This document shows, piece by piece, positions 1 to 13,822 of a stretch of DNA of 64,000 nucleotides. A program made the translations under genes and the position numbers. This stretch comes from Azolla caroliniana. Lineage: Eukaryota; Plantae; Polypodiophyta. The stretch covers positions 124,001 to 188,000 of the forward strand of contig JBHGNT010000043.1 in NCBI GenBank assembly GCA_043228905.1, given 5' to 3'. Position 1 is the stretch's first letter; each line of letters opens with the position of its first letter. The notes under the pieces are model-generated. The model was not told where the DNA came from. It saw nothing but the letters and a program-made list of their open reading frames with translations, and searched no databases.

Positions 1-3000
1 ATCATAGGTAGCGTTGTCAGGTTCGATTCGGATGTTTGAACACGAAAATCCGATATCACACGAGCCACGTATGAACATTTTAATTTAGCTACTAGCTCTT
101 CTCAACCACCTCCTCAAATTTGGTAATTTCTTCATGTCTCTTGACCTGAGTTTCAAAATCTTGGTTTTTTAATTCTATATCATAGCTAGCGTTGTTAGCT
201 TCGATTCGCATGTTTGAACACAAAAATCCGATATCACACGAGCCACGTATGAACATTTTAATTTACTCACGCGCTCTTCTCAACTCCCTCCTCAAATTTG
301 CTAATTTCGTCATGTATCTCTACCTGAGTTTCAAAATCTTGATTTTTTAATTCCATATCATAGCTAGCGTTGTTAGTTTCGATTTGCATGTTTGAACACA
401 AAAATCCGATATCACACGAGCCACGTATGAAAATTTTAATTTGGCTACTAGCTCTTCTCAACCACCTCCTCAAATTTAGTAATTTCGTCATGTCTCTCGA
501 CCTGAGTTTCAAAATCTTGATTTTTTAATTCTATATCATAGCTAGCGTTGTTAGCTTCGATTCGGAGGTTTGAACACTAAAATCCGATATCACACGAGCC
601 ACGTATGAACATTTTAATTTAGCTACTAGCTCTTCTCAACCACCTCCTCAAATTTGGTAATTTCGTCATGTCTCTCGACCTGAGTTTCAAAATCTTGATT
701 TTTTAAATCAATATCATAGCTAGCGTTGTTAGCTTCGATTCGGAGGTTTGAACACAAAAATCCGATATCACACGAGCCACATATGAACATTTTAATTTAC
801 TCACGCGCTCTTCTCAACCACCTCCTCAAATTTGGTAATTTCTTCATGTCTCTCGACCTGAGTTTCAAAATCTTGATTTTTTAATTCTATATCATAGCTA
901 GCGTTGTTAGCTTCGATTCGCATGTTTGAACACAAAAATCCGATATCACACGAGCCACGTATGAACATTTTAATTTACTCACGCGCTCTTCTCAACTCCC
1001 TCCTCAAATTTTCTAATTTCGTCATGTCTCTCTACCTGAGTTTAAAAATTTTGATTTTTTAATTCGATATCATAGCTAGCGTTGTTAGTTTCGATTTGCA
1101 TCTTTGAACACAAAAATCCGATATCACACGAGCCACGTATGAAAATTTTAATTTACTCACGCGCTCTTCTCAACTCCCTCCTCAAATTTGCTAATTTCGT
1201 CATGTCTCTCGACCTGAGTTTCAAAATCTTGATTTTTTAATTCCATATCATAGGTAGCGTTGTCAGTTTCGATTCGGATGTTTGAACACGAAAATCCGAT
1301 ATCACACGAGCCACGTATGAACATTTTAATTTAGCTACTAGCTCTTCTCAACCACCTCCTCAAATTTGGTAATTTCGTCATGTCTCTCGACCTGAGTTTC
1401 AAAATCTTGATTTTTTAAATCCATATCATAGCTAGCGTTGTTAGCTTCGATTCGGAGGTTTGAACACTAAAATCCGATATCACACGAGCCACATATGAAC
1501 ATTTTAATTTACTCACGCGCTCTTCTCAACCACCTCCTCAAATTTGGTAATTTCGTCATGTCTCTCGACCTGAGTTTCAAAATCTTGATTTTTTAATTCC
1601 ATATCATAGGTAGCGTTGTTAGTTTCGATTCGCATGTTTGAACACAAAAATCCGATATCACACGAGCCAGGTATCAACATTTTAATTTAGCTACTAGCTC
1701 TTCTCAACCACCTCCTCAAATTTGGTAATTTCGTCATGTCTCTCGACCTGAGTTTCAAAATCTTGATTTTTTAATTCCATATCATAGGTAGCGTTGTCAG
1801 GTTCGATTCGGATGTTTGAACACGAAAATCCGATATCACACGAGCCACGTATGAACATTTTAATTTAGCTACTAGCTCTTCTCAACCACCTCCTCAAATT
1901 TGGTAATTTCGTCATGTCTCTCGACCTGAGTTTCAAAATCTTGATTTTTTAAATCCATATCATAGCTAGCGTTGTTAGCTTCGATTCGGAGGTTTGAACA
2001 CTAAAATCCGATATCACACGAGCCACATATGAACATTTTAATTTACTCACGCGCTCTTCTCAACCACCTCCTCAAATTTGGTAATTTCGTCATGTCTCTC
2101 GACCTGAGTTTCAAAATCTTGATTTTTTAATTCCATATCATAGGTAGCGTTGTTAGTTTCGATTCGCATGTTTGAACACAAATATCCGATATCACACGAG
2201 CGAGGTATCAACATTTTAATTTAGCTACTAGCTCTTCTCAACCACCTCCTCAAATTTGGTAATTTCGTCATGTCTCTCGACCTGAGTTTCAAAATCTTGA
2301 TTTTCTAAATCCATATCATAGCTAGCGTTGTTAGCTTCGATTCGGAGGTTTGAACACTAAAATCCGATATGACACGAGCCACATATGAACATTTTAATTT
2401 ACTCACGCGCTCTTCTCAACCACCTCCTCAAATTTGGTAATTTCGTCATGTCTCTCGACCTGAGTTTCACAATCTTTATTTTTTAATTCCTTATCATAGG
2501 TAGCGTTGTTAGTTTCGATTCGCATGTTTGAACACAAATATCCGATATCACACGAGCGAGGTATCAACATTTTAATTTAGCTACTAGCTCTTCTCAACCA
2601 CCTCCTCAAATTTGGTAATTTCGTCATGTCTCTCGACCTGAGTTTCAAAATCTTGATTTTTTAATTCTATATCATAGCTAGCGTTGTTAGCTTCGATTCG
2701 GATGTTTGAACACGAAAATCCGATATCACACGAGCCACGTATGAAAATTTTAATTTGGCTACTAGCTCTTCTCAACCACCTCCTCAAATTTGGTAATTTC
2801 TTCATGTCTCTTGACCTGAGTTTCAAAATCTTGATTTTTTAAATCCATATCATAGCTAGCGTTGTTAGCTTCGATTCGGAGGTTTGAACACTAAAATCCG
2901 ATATCACACGAGCCACATATGAACATTTTAATTTACTCACGCGCTCTTCTCAACCACCTCCTCAAATTTGGTAATTTCGTCATGTCTCTCGACCTGAGTT

Positions 3001-3399
3001 TCAAAATCTTGATTTTTTAATTCCATATCATAGGTAGCGTTGTTAGTTTCGATTCGCATGTTTGAACACAAAAATCCGATATCACACGAGCCAGGTATCA
3101 ACATTTTAATTTAGCTACTAGCTCTTCTCAACCACCTCCTCAAATTTGGTAATTTCGTCATGTCTCTCGACCTGAGTTTCAAAATCTTGATTTTTTAATT
3201 CCATATCATAGGTAGCGTTGTCAGGTTCGATTCGGATGTTTGAACACGAAAATCCGATATCACACGAGCCACGTATGAACATTTTAATTTAGCTACTAGC
3301 TCTTCTCAACCACCTCCTCAAATTTGGTAATTTCGTCATGTCTCTCGACCTGAGTTTCAAAATCTTGATTTTTTAAATCCATATCATAGCTAGCGTTGT

Positions 3400-6300
3400 T
3401 AGCTTCGATTCGGAGGTTTGAACACTAAAATCCGATATCACACGAGCCACATATGAACATTTTAATTTACTCACGCGCTCTTCTCAACCACCTCCTCAAA
3501 TTTGGTAATTTCGTCATGTCTCTCGACCTGAGTTTCAAAATCTTGATTTTTTAATTCCATATCATAGCTAGCGTTGTTAGTTTCGATTTGCTTGTTTGAA
3601 CACAAAAATCCGTATCACACGAGCCACGTATGAACATTTTAATTTAGCTACTAGCTCTTCTCAACCACCTCCTCAAATTTGGTAATTTCGTCATGTCTCT
3701 CGACCTGAGTTTCAAAATCTTGATTTTTTAAATCCATATCATAGCTAGCGTTGTTAGCTTCGATTCGGAGGTTTGAACACTAAAATCCGATATCACACGA
3801 GCCACATATGAACATTTTAATTTAGCTACTAGCTCTTCTGAACCACCTCCTCAAATTTGGTAATTTCTTCATGTCTCTCGACCTGAGTTTCAAAATCTTG
3901 ATTTTTTAATTCTATATCATAGCTAGCGTTGTTAGCTTCGATTCGCATGTTTGAACACAAAAATCCGATATCACACGAGCCACGTATGAAAATTTTAATT
4001 TGGCTACTAGCTCTTCTCAACCACCTCCTCAAATTTGGTAATTTCGTCATGTCTCTCGACCTGAGTTTCAAAATCTTGATTTTCTAAATCCATATCATAG
4101 CTAGCGTTGTTAGCTTCGATTCGGAGGTTTGAACACTAAAATCCGACATCACACGAGCCACATATGAATATTTTAATTTACTCACGCGCTCTTCTCAACT
4201 CCCTCCTCAAATTTGGTAATTTCGTCATGTCTCTCTACCTGAGTTTCAAAATCGTGATTTTTTAATTCCATATCATAGCTAGCGTTGTTAGTTTCGATTT
4301 GCATGTTTGAACACAAAAATCCGATATCACACGAGCCACGTATGAAAATTTTAATTTGGCTACTAGCTCTTCTCAACCACCTCCTCAAATTTGGTAATTT
4401 CGTCATGTCTCTCGACCTGAGTTTCAAAATCTTGATTTTTTAATTCTATATCATAGCTAGCGTTGTTAGCTTCGATTCGGAGGTTTGAACACTAAAATCC
4501 GATATGACACGAGCCACATATGAACATTTTAATTTACTCACGCGCTCTTCTCAACCACCTCCTCAAATTTGGTAATTTCGTCATGTCTCTCGACCTGAGT
4601 TTCAAAATCTTGATTTTTTAATTCCATATCATAGCTAGCGTTGTTAGTTTCGATTTGCTTGTTTGAACACAAAAATCCGATATCACACGAGCCACGTATG
4701 AACATTTTAATTTAGCTACTAGCTCTTCTCAACCACCTCCTCAAATTTGGTAATTTCTTCATGTCTCTCGACCTGAGTTTCAAAATCTTGATTTTTTAAT
4801 TCTATATCATAGCTAGCGTTGTTAGCTTCGATTCGCATGTTTGAACACAAAAATCCGATATCACACGAGCCACGTATGAACATTTTAATTGACTCACGCG
4901 CTCTTCTCAACTCCCTCCTCAAATTTGCTAATTTCGTCATGTCTCTCTACCTGAGTTTCAAAATCTTGATTTTTTAATTCCATATCATAGCTAGCGTTGT
5001 TAGTTTCGATTTGCATGTTTGAACACAAAAATCCGATATCACACGAGCCACATATGAAAATTTTAATTTGGCTACTAGCTCTTCTCAACCACCTCCTCAA
5101 ATTTGGTAATTTCGTCATGTCTCTCGACCTGAGTTTCAAAATCTTGATTTTCTAATTCCATATCATAGCTAGCGTTGTTAGTTTCGATTCGCATGTTTGA
5201 ACACAAAAATCCGATATCACACGAGCCAGGTATCAACATTTTAATTTAGCTACTAGCTCTTCTCAACCACCTCCTCAAATTTGGTAATTTCTTCATGTCT
5301 CTTGACTTGAGTTTCAAAATCTTGGTTTTTTAATTCTATATCATAGCTAGCGTTGTTAGCTTCGATTCGGAGGTTTGAACACAAAAATCCGATATCACAC
5401 GAGCCACATATGAACATTTTAATTTACTCACGCGCTCTTCTCAACCACCTCCTCAAATTTGGTAATTTCGTCATGTCTCTCGACCTGAGTTTCAAAATCT
5501 TGATTTTTTAATTCCATATCATAGGTAGCGTTGTTAGTTTCGATTCGCATGTTTGAACACAAAAATCAGATATCACACGAGCCACGTATGAAAATTTTAA
5601 TTTGGCTACTAGCTCTTCTCAACCACCTCCTCAAATTTAGTAATTTCGTCATGTCTCTCGACCTGAGTTTCAAAATCTTGATTTTTTAATTCTATATCAT
5701 AGCTAGCGTTGTTAGCTTCGATTCGGAGGTTTGAACACTAAAATCCGATATCACACGAGCCACATATGAACATTTTAATTTACTCACGCGCTCTTCTCAA
5801 CCACCTCCTCAAATTTGGTAATTTCGTCATGTCTCTCGACCTGAGTTTCAAAATCTTGATTTTTTAATTCCATATCATAGCTAGCGTTGTTAGTTTCGAT
5901 TTGCTTGTTTGAACACAAAAATCCGTATCACAGGAGCCACGTATGAACATTTTAATTTAGCTACTAGCTCTTCTCAACCACCTCCTCAAATTTGGTAATT
6001 TCGTCATGTCTCTCGACCTGAGTTTCAAAATCTTGATTTTTTAAATCCATATCATAGCTAGCGTTGTTAGCTTCGATTCGGAGGTTTGAACACTAAAATC
6101 CGATATCACACGAGCCACATATGAACATTTTAATTTAGCTACTAGCTCTTCTGAACCACCTCCTCAAATTTGGTAATTTCTTCATGTCTCTCGACCTGAG
6201 TTTCAAAATCTTGATTTTTTAATTCTATATCATAGCTAGCGTTGTTAGCTTCGATTCGCATGTTTGAACACAAAAATCCGATATCACACGAGCCACGTAT

Positions 6301-6710
6301 GAAAATTTTAATTTGGCTACTAGCTCTTCTCAACCACCTCCTCAAATTTGGTAATTTCGTCATGTCTCTCGACCTGAGTTTCAAAATCTTGATTTTCTAA
6401 ATCCATATCATAGCTAGCGTTGTTAGCTTCGATTCGGAGGTTTGAACACTAAAATCCGACATCACACGAGCCACATATGAATATTTTAATTTACTCACGC
6501 GCTCTTCTCAACTCCCTCCTCAAATTTGGTAATTTCGTCATGTCTCTCTACCTGAGTTTCAAAATCGTGATTTTTTAATTCCATATCATAGCTAGCGTTG
6601 TTAGTTTCGATTTGCATGTTTGAACACAAAAATCCGATATCACACGAGCCACGTATGAAAATTTTAATTTGGCTACTAGCTCTTCTCAACCACCTCCTCA
6701 AATTTGGTAA
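3400..6710. repeat. Block of about 1 kb repeated at 2,313-bp offset (13 monomers minus 1 bp)
   Basis: Rare markers CCGTATC (~3611/~5924), TTCTGAACC (~3838/~6150) and AATCGTGAT (~4252/~6564); ORF pairs 3829/6142 and 4182/6495 differ by 2313. Confidence 0.85.
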
Positions 6711-7479
6711 TTTCTTCATGTCTCTCGACCTGAGTTTCAAAATCTTGATTTTCTAAATCCATATCATAGCTAACGTTGTTAGCTTCGATTCGGAGGTTTG
6801 AACACTAAAATCCGACATCACACGAGCCACATATGAATATTTTAATTTACTCACGCGCTCTTCTCAACTCCCTCCTCAAATTTGGTAATTTCGTCATGTC
6901 TCTCTACCTGAGTTTCAAAATCTTGATTTTTTAATTCCATATCATAGCTAGCGTTGTTAATTTCGATTTGCATGTTTGAACACAAAAATCCGATATCACA
7001 CGAGCCACGTATGAAAATTTTAATTTGGCTACTAGCTCTTCTCAACCACCTCCTCAAATTTGGTAATTTCGTCATGTCTCTCGACCTGAGTTTCAAAATC
7101 TTGATTTTTTAATTCTATATCATAGCTAGCGTTGTTAGCTTCGATTCGGAGGTTTGAACACTAATATCCGATATGACACGAGCCACATATGAACATTTTA
7201 ATTTACTCACGCGCTCTTCTCAACCACCTCCTCAAATTTGGTAATTTCGTCATGTCTCTCGACCTGAGTTTCAAAATCTTGATTTTTTAATTCCATATCA
7301 TAGCTAGCGTTGTTAGTTTCGATTTGCTTGTTTGAACACAAAAATCCGATATCACACGAGCCACGTATGAACATTTTAATTTAGCTACTAGCTCTTCTCA
7401 ACCACCTCCTCAAATTTGGTAATTTCTTCATGTCTCTCGACCTGACTTTCAAAATCTTGATTTTTTAATTCTATATCAT

Positions 7480-10140
7480 AGCTAGCGTTGTTAGCTTCGA
7501 TTCGCATGTTTGAACACAAAAATCCGATATCACACGAGCTACGTATGAACATTTTAATTTACTCACGCGCTCTTCTCAACTCCCTCCTCAAATTTGCTAA
7601 TTTCGTCATGTCTCTCTACCTGAGTTTCAAAATCTTGATTTTTTAATTCGATATCATAGCTAGCGTTGTTAGCTTCGATTTGCTTGTTTGAACACAGAAA
7701 TCCGATATCACACGAGCCAGGTATCAACATTTTAATTTAGCTACTAGCTCTTCTCAACAACCTCCTCAAATTTGGTAATTTCCTCATGTCTCTCGACCTG
7801 AGTTTCAAAATCTTCATTTTTTAATTCCATATCATAGCTAGCGTTGTTAGTTTCGATTTGCATGTTTGAACACAGAAATTCGATATCACACGAGCCACGT
7901 ATGAACATTTTAATTTAGCTACTAGCTCTTTTGAACTCCCTCCTCAAATTTGGTAATTTCTTCATGTCTCTCGACCTGAGTTTCAAAATCTTGATTTTTT
8001 AATTCTATATCATAGCTAGCGTTGTTAGCTTCGATTCGCATGTTTGAACACAAAAATCCGATATCACACGAGCCACGTATGAACATTTTAATTTACTCAC
8101 GCGCTCTTCTCAACTCCCTCCTCAAATTTGCTAATTTCGTCATGTCTCTCTACCTGAGTTTCAAAATTTTGATTTTTTAATTCGATATCATAGCTAGCGT
8201 TGTTAGTTTCGATTTGCATGTTTGAACACAAAAATCCGATATCACACGAGCCACGTATGAAAATTTTAATTTACTCACGCGCTCTTCTCAACTCCCTCCT
8301 CAAATTTGCTAATTTCGTCATGTCTCTCGACCTGAGTTTCAAAATCTTGATTTTTTAATTCCATATCATAGGTAGCGTTGTCAGTTTCGATTCGGATGTT
8401 TGAACACGAAAATCCGATATCACACGAGCCACGTATGAAAATTTTAATTTGGCTACTAGCTCTTCTCAACCACCTCCTCAAATTTGGTAATTTCGTCATG
8501 TCTCTCGACCTGAGTTTCAAAATCTTCATTTTTTAAATCCATTTCATAGCTAGCGTTGTTAGCTTCGATTCAGAGGTTTGAACACTAAAATCCGATATCA
8601 CACGAGCCACATATGAACATTTTAATTTACTCACGCGCTCTTCTCAACCACCTCCTCAAATTTGGTAATTTCGTCATGTCTCTCGACCTGAGTTTCAAAA
8701 ACTTGATTTTTTAATTCCATATCATAGGTAGCGTTGTTAGTTTCGATTCGCATGTTTGAACACAAAAATCCGATATCACACGAGCCAGGTATCAACATTT
8801 TAATTTAGCTACTAGCTCTTCTCAACCACCTCCTCAAATTTGGTAATTTCTTCATGTCTCTCGACCTGAGTTTCAAAATCTTGGTTTTTTAATTCTATAT
8901 CATAGCTAGCGTTGTTAGCTTCGATTCGGAGGTTTGAACACTAAAATCCGATATCACACGAGCCACGTATGAACATTTTAATTTACTCACGCGCTCTTCT
9001 CAACTCCCTCCTCAAATTTGCTAATTTCGTCATGTCTCTCTACCTGAGTTTCAAAATCTTGATTTTTTAATTCGATATCATAGCTAGCGTTGTTAGCTTC
9101 GATTTGCTTGTTTGAACACAGAAATCCGATATCACACGAGCCAGGTATCAACATTTTAATTTAGCTACTAGCTCTTCTCAACAACCTCCTCAAATTTGGT
9201 AATTTCCTCATGTCTCTCGACCTGAGTTTCAAAATCTTCATTTTTTAATTCCATATCATAGCTAGCGTTGTTAGTTTCGATTTGCATGTTTGAACAAAGA
9301 AATTCGATATCACACGAGCCACGTATGAACATTTTAATTTAGCTACTAGCTGTTTTGAACTCCCTCCTCAAATTTGGTAATTTCTTCATGTCTCTCGACC
9401 TGAGTTTCAAAATCTTGATTTTTTAATTCTATATCATAGCTAGCGTTGTTAGCTTCGATTCGCATGTTTGAACACAAAAATCCGATATCACACGAGCCAC
9501 GTATGAACATTTTAATTTACTCACGCGCTCTTCTCAACTCCCTCCTCAAATTTGCTAATTTCGTCATGTCTCTCTACCTGAGTTTCAAAATTTTGATTTT
9601 TTAATTCGATATCATAGCTAGCGTTGTTAGTTTCGATTTGCATGTTTGAACACAAAAATCCGATATCACACGAGCCACGTATGAAAATTTTAATTTACTC
9701 ACGTGCTCTTCTCAACTCCCTCCTCAAATTTGCTAATTTCGTCATGTCTCTCGACCTGAGTTTCAAAATCTTGATTTTTTAATTCCATATCATAGGTAGC
9801 GTTGTCAGTTTGGATTCGGATGTTTGAACACGAAAATCCGATATCACACGAGCCACGTATGAAAATTTTAATTTGGCTACTAGCTCTTCTCAACCACCTC
9901 CTCAAATTTGGTAATTTCGTCATGTCTCTCGACCTGAGTTTCAAAATCTTGATTTTTTAAATCCATTTCATAGCTAGCGTTGTTAGCTTCGATTCAGAGG
10001 TTTGAACACTAAAATCCGATATCACACGAGCCACATATGAACATTTTAATTTACTCACGCGCTCTTCTCAACCACCTCCTCAAATTTGGTAATTTCGTCA
10101 TGTCTCTCGACCTGAGTTTCAAAATCTTGATTTTTTAATT
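7480..10140. repeat. 8-monomer higher-order repeat (1,424 bp), about 2 tandem copies; core cassette of the central domain
   Basis: Ordered markers CAACAACC (~7757/~9180), TTTTGAACTCCC (~7929/~9353), TCAAAATTTTGA, GTCAGTT..GGATG and TCAGAGG repeat at 1424; ORFs 8275/9699. Confidence 0.88.
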
Positions 10141-13010
10141 CCATATCATAGGTAGCGTTGTTAGTTTCGATTCGCATGTTTGAACACAAAAATCCGACAT
10201 CACACGAGCCAGGTATCAACATTTTAATTTAGCTACTAGCTCTTCTCAACCACCTCCTCAAATTTGGTAATTTCGTCATGTCTCTCGACCTGAGTTTCAA
10301 AATCTTGATTTTCTAATTCCATATCATAGCTAGCGTTGTTAGCTTCGATTCGGAGGTTTGAACACTAAAATCCGATATCACACGAGCCACATATGAACAT
10401 TTTAATTTACTCACGCGCTCTTCTCAACCACCTCCTCAAATTTGGTAATTTCGTCATGTCTCTCGACCTGAGTTTCAAAATCTTGATTTTTTAATTCCAT
10501 ATCATAGGTAGCGTTGTTAGTTTCGATTCGCATGTTTGAACACAAAAATCCGATATCACACGAGCCAGGTATCAACATTTTAATTTAGCTACTAGCTCTT
10601 CTCAACCACCTCCTCAAATTTGGTAATTTCTTCATGTCTCTCGACCTGAGTTTCAAAATCTTGGTTTTTTAATTCTATATCATAGCTAGCGTTGTTAGCT
10701 TCGATTCGGAGGTTTGAACACTAAAATCCGATATCACACGAGCCACGTATGAACATTTTAATTTACTCACGCGCTCTTCTCAACTCCCTCCTCAAATTTG
10801 CTAATTTCGTCATGTCTCTCTACCTGAGTTTCAAAATCTTGATTTTTTAATTCGATATCATAGCTAGCGTTGTTAGCTTCGATTTGCTTGTTTGAACACA
10901 GAAATCCGATATCACACGAGCCAGGTATCAACATTTTAATTTAGCTACTAGCTCTTCTCAACAACCTCCTCAAATTTGGTAATTTCCTCATGTCTCTCGA
11001 CCTGAGTTTCAAAATCTTCATTTTTTCATTCCATATCATAGCTAGCGTTGTTAGTTTCGATTTGCATGTTTGAACAAAGAAATTCGATATCACACGAGCC
11101 AGGTATCAACATTTTAATTTAGCTACTAGCTCTTCTCAACCACCTCCTCAAATTTGGTAATTTCTTCATTGCTCTTGACCTGAGTTTCAAAATCTTGGTT
11201 TTTTAATTCTATATCATAGCTAGCGTTGTTAGCTTCGATTTGCATGTTTGAACACAAAAATCCGATATCACACGAGCCACGTATGAACATTTTAATTTAC
11301 TCACGCGCTCTTCTCAACCACCTCCTCAAATTTGGTAATTTCGTCATGTCTCTCGACATGAGTTTCAAAATCTTGATTTTTTAATTCCATATCATAGGTA
11401 GCGTTGTCAGTTTTGATTCGGATGTTTGAACACGAAAATCCGATATCACACGAGCCACGTATGAAAATTTTAATTTGGCTACTAGCTCTTCTCAACCACC
11501 TCCTCAAATTTGGTAATTTCGTCATGTCTCTCGACCTGAGTTTCAAAATCTTGATTTTTTAAATCCATTTCATAGCTAGCGTTGTTAGCTTCGATTCAGA
11601 GGTTTGAACACTAAAATCCGATATCACACGAGCCACATATGAACATTTTAATTTACTCACGCGCTCTTCTCAACCACCTCCTCAAATTTGGTAATTTCGT
11701 CATGTCTCTCGACCTGAGTTTCAAAATCTTGATTTTTTAATTCCATATCATAGGTAGCGTTGTTAGTTTCGATTCGCATGTTTGAACACAAAAATCCGAC
11801 ATCACACGAGCCAGGTATCAACATTTTAATTTAGCTACTAGCTCTTCTCAACCACCTCCTCAAATTTGGTAATTTCGTCATGTCTCTCGACCTGAGTTTC
11901 AAAATCTTGATTTTCTAATTCCATATCATAGCTAGCGTTGTTAGCTTCGATTCGGAGGTTTGAACACTAAAATCCGATATCACACGAGCCACATATGAAC
12001 ATTTTAATTTACTCACGCGCTCTTCTCAACCACCTCCTCAAATTTGGTAATTTCGTCATGTCTCTCGACCTGAGTTTCAAAATCTTGATTTTTTAATTCC
12101 ATATCATAGGTAGCGTTGTTAGTTTCGATTCGCATGTTTGAACACAAAAATCCGATATCACACGAGCCAGGTATCAACATTTTAATTTAGCTACTAGCTC
12201 TTCTCAACCACCTCCTCAAATTTGGTAATTTCTTCATGTCTCTCGACCTGAGTTTCAAAATCTTGGTTTTTTAATTCTATATCATAGCTAGCGTTGTTAG
12301 CTTCGATTCGGAGGTTTGAACACTAAAATCCGATATCACACGAGCCACGTATGAACATTTTAATTTACTCACGCGCTCTTCTCAACTCCCTCCTCAAATT
12401 TGCTAATTTCGTCATGTTTCTCTACCTGAGTTTCAAAATCTTGATTTTTTAATTCGATATCATAGCTAGCGTTGTTAGCTTCGATTTGCTTGTTTGAACA
12501 CAGAAATCCGATATCACACGAGCCAGGTATCAACATTTTAATTTAGCTACTAGCTCTTCTCAACAACCTCCTCAAATTTGGTAATTTCCTCATGTCTCTC
12601 GACCTGAGTTTCAAAATCTTCATTTTTTCATTCCATATCATAGCTAGCGTTGTTAGTTTCGATTTGCATGTTTGAACAAAGAAATTCGATATCACACGAG
12701 CCAGGTATCAACATTTTAATTTAGCTACTAGCTCTTCTCAACCACCTCCTCAAATTTGGTAATTTCTTCATTGCTCTTGACCTGAGTTTCAAAATCTTGG
12801 TTTTTTAATTCTATATCATAGCTAGCGTTGTTAGCTTCGATTCGCATGTTTGAACACAAAAATCCGATATCACACGAGCCACGTATGAACATTTTAATTT
12901 ACTCACGCGCTCTTCTCAACCACCTCCTCAAATTTGGTAATTTCGTCATGTCTCTCGACCTGAGTTTCAAAATCTTGATTTTTTAATTCCATATCATAGG
13001 TAGCGTTGTT
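9813..13010. repeat. 9-monomer (1,602 bp) tandem duplication
   Basis: CCGACATCACACGAGCCAGG (~10193/~11795), TTTTTCATTCC (~11022/~12624) and TTCATTGCTCTTGA (~11165/~12767) are all offset by 1602. Confidence 0.88.
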
Positions 13011-13810
13011 AGTTTCGATTCGCATGTTTGAACACAAAAATCCGATATCACACGAGCCAGGTATCAACATTTTAATTTAGCTACTAGCTCTTCTCAACCA
13101 CCTCCTCAAATTTGGTAATTTCTTCATGTCTCTCGACCTGAGTTTCAAAATCTTGGTTTTTTAATTCTATATCATAGCTAGCGTTGTTAGCTTCGATTCG
13201 GAGGTTTGAACACTAAAATCCGATATCACACGAGCCACGTATGAACATTTTAATTTACTCACGCGCTCTTCTCAACTCCCTCCTCAAATTTGCTAATTTC
13301 GTCATGTCTCTCTACCTGAGTTTCAAAATCTTGATTTTTTAATTCGATATCATAGCTAGCGTTGTTAGCTTCGATTTGCTTGTTTGAACACAGAAATCCG
13401 ATATCACACGAGCCAGGTATCAACATTTTAATTTAGCTACTAGCTCTTCTCAACAACCTCCTCAAATTTGGTAATTTCCTCATGTCTCTCGACCTGAGTT
13501 TCAAAATCTTCATTTTTTCATTCCATATCATAGCTAGCGTTGTTAGTTTCGATTTGCATGTTTGAACAAAGAAATTCGATATCACACGAGCCACGTATGA
13601 ACATTTTAATTTAGCGACTAGCTGTTTTGAACTCCCTCCTCAAATTTGGTAATTTCTTCATGTCTCTCGACCTGAGTTTCAAAATCTTGATTTTTTAATT
13701 CTATATCATAGCTAGCGTTGTTAGCTTCGATTCGCATGTTTGAACACAAAAATCCGATATCACACGAGCCACGTATGAACATTTTAATTTACTCACGCGC
13801 TCTTCTCAAC

Positions 13811-13822
13811 TCCCTCATAGCT
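13811..13822. other. Truncated-monomer junction, register shift -69 bp, TC microhomology
   Basis: CAACTCCCTC|ATAGCTAGCG joins monomer position 112 to 182; ORF spacing 11301->16038 = 27x178-69. Confidence 0.95.

Noticed and set aside
20-40. CENP-B box at TTCG motifs
   Set aside because: TTCG is present, but the required downstream A..CGGG of TTCGNNNNANNCGGG is not.
101-115. Minus-strand GAGGAGG as a Shine-Dalgarno site or G-quadruplex
   Set aside because: It is part of the satellite monomer, there is no bacterial gene context, and there are too few G-runs for a canonical G4.
1-178. Identity with Arabidopsis CEN178, primate alpha satellite or another named 178-bp family
   Set aside because: Only the length matches. 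The sequence does not resemble CEN178 or alpha satellite as I recall them, and I cannot assign another family without a database search.
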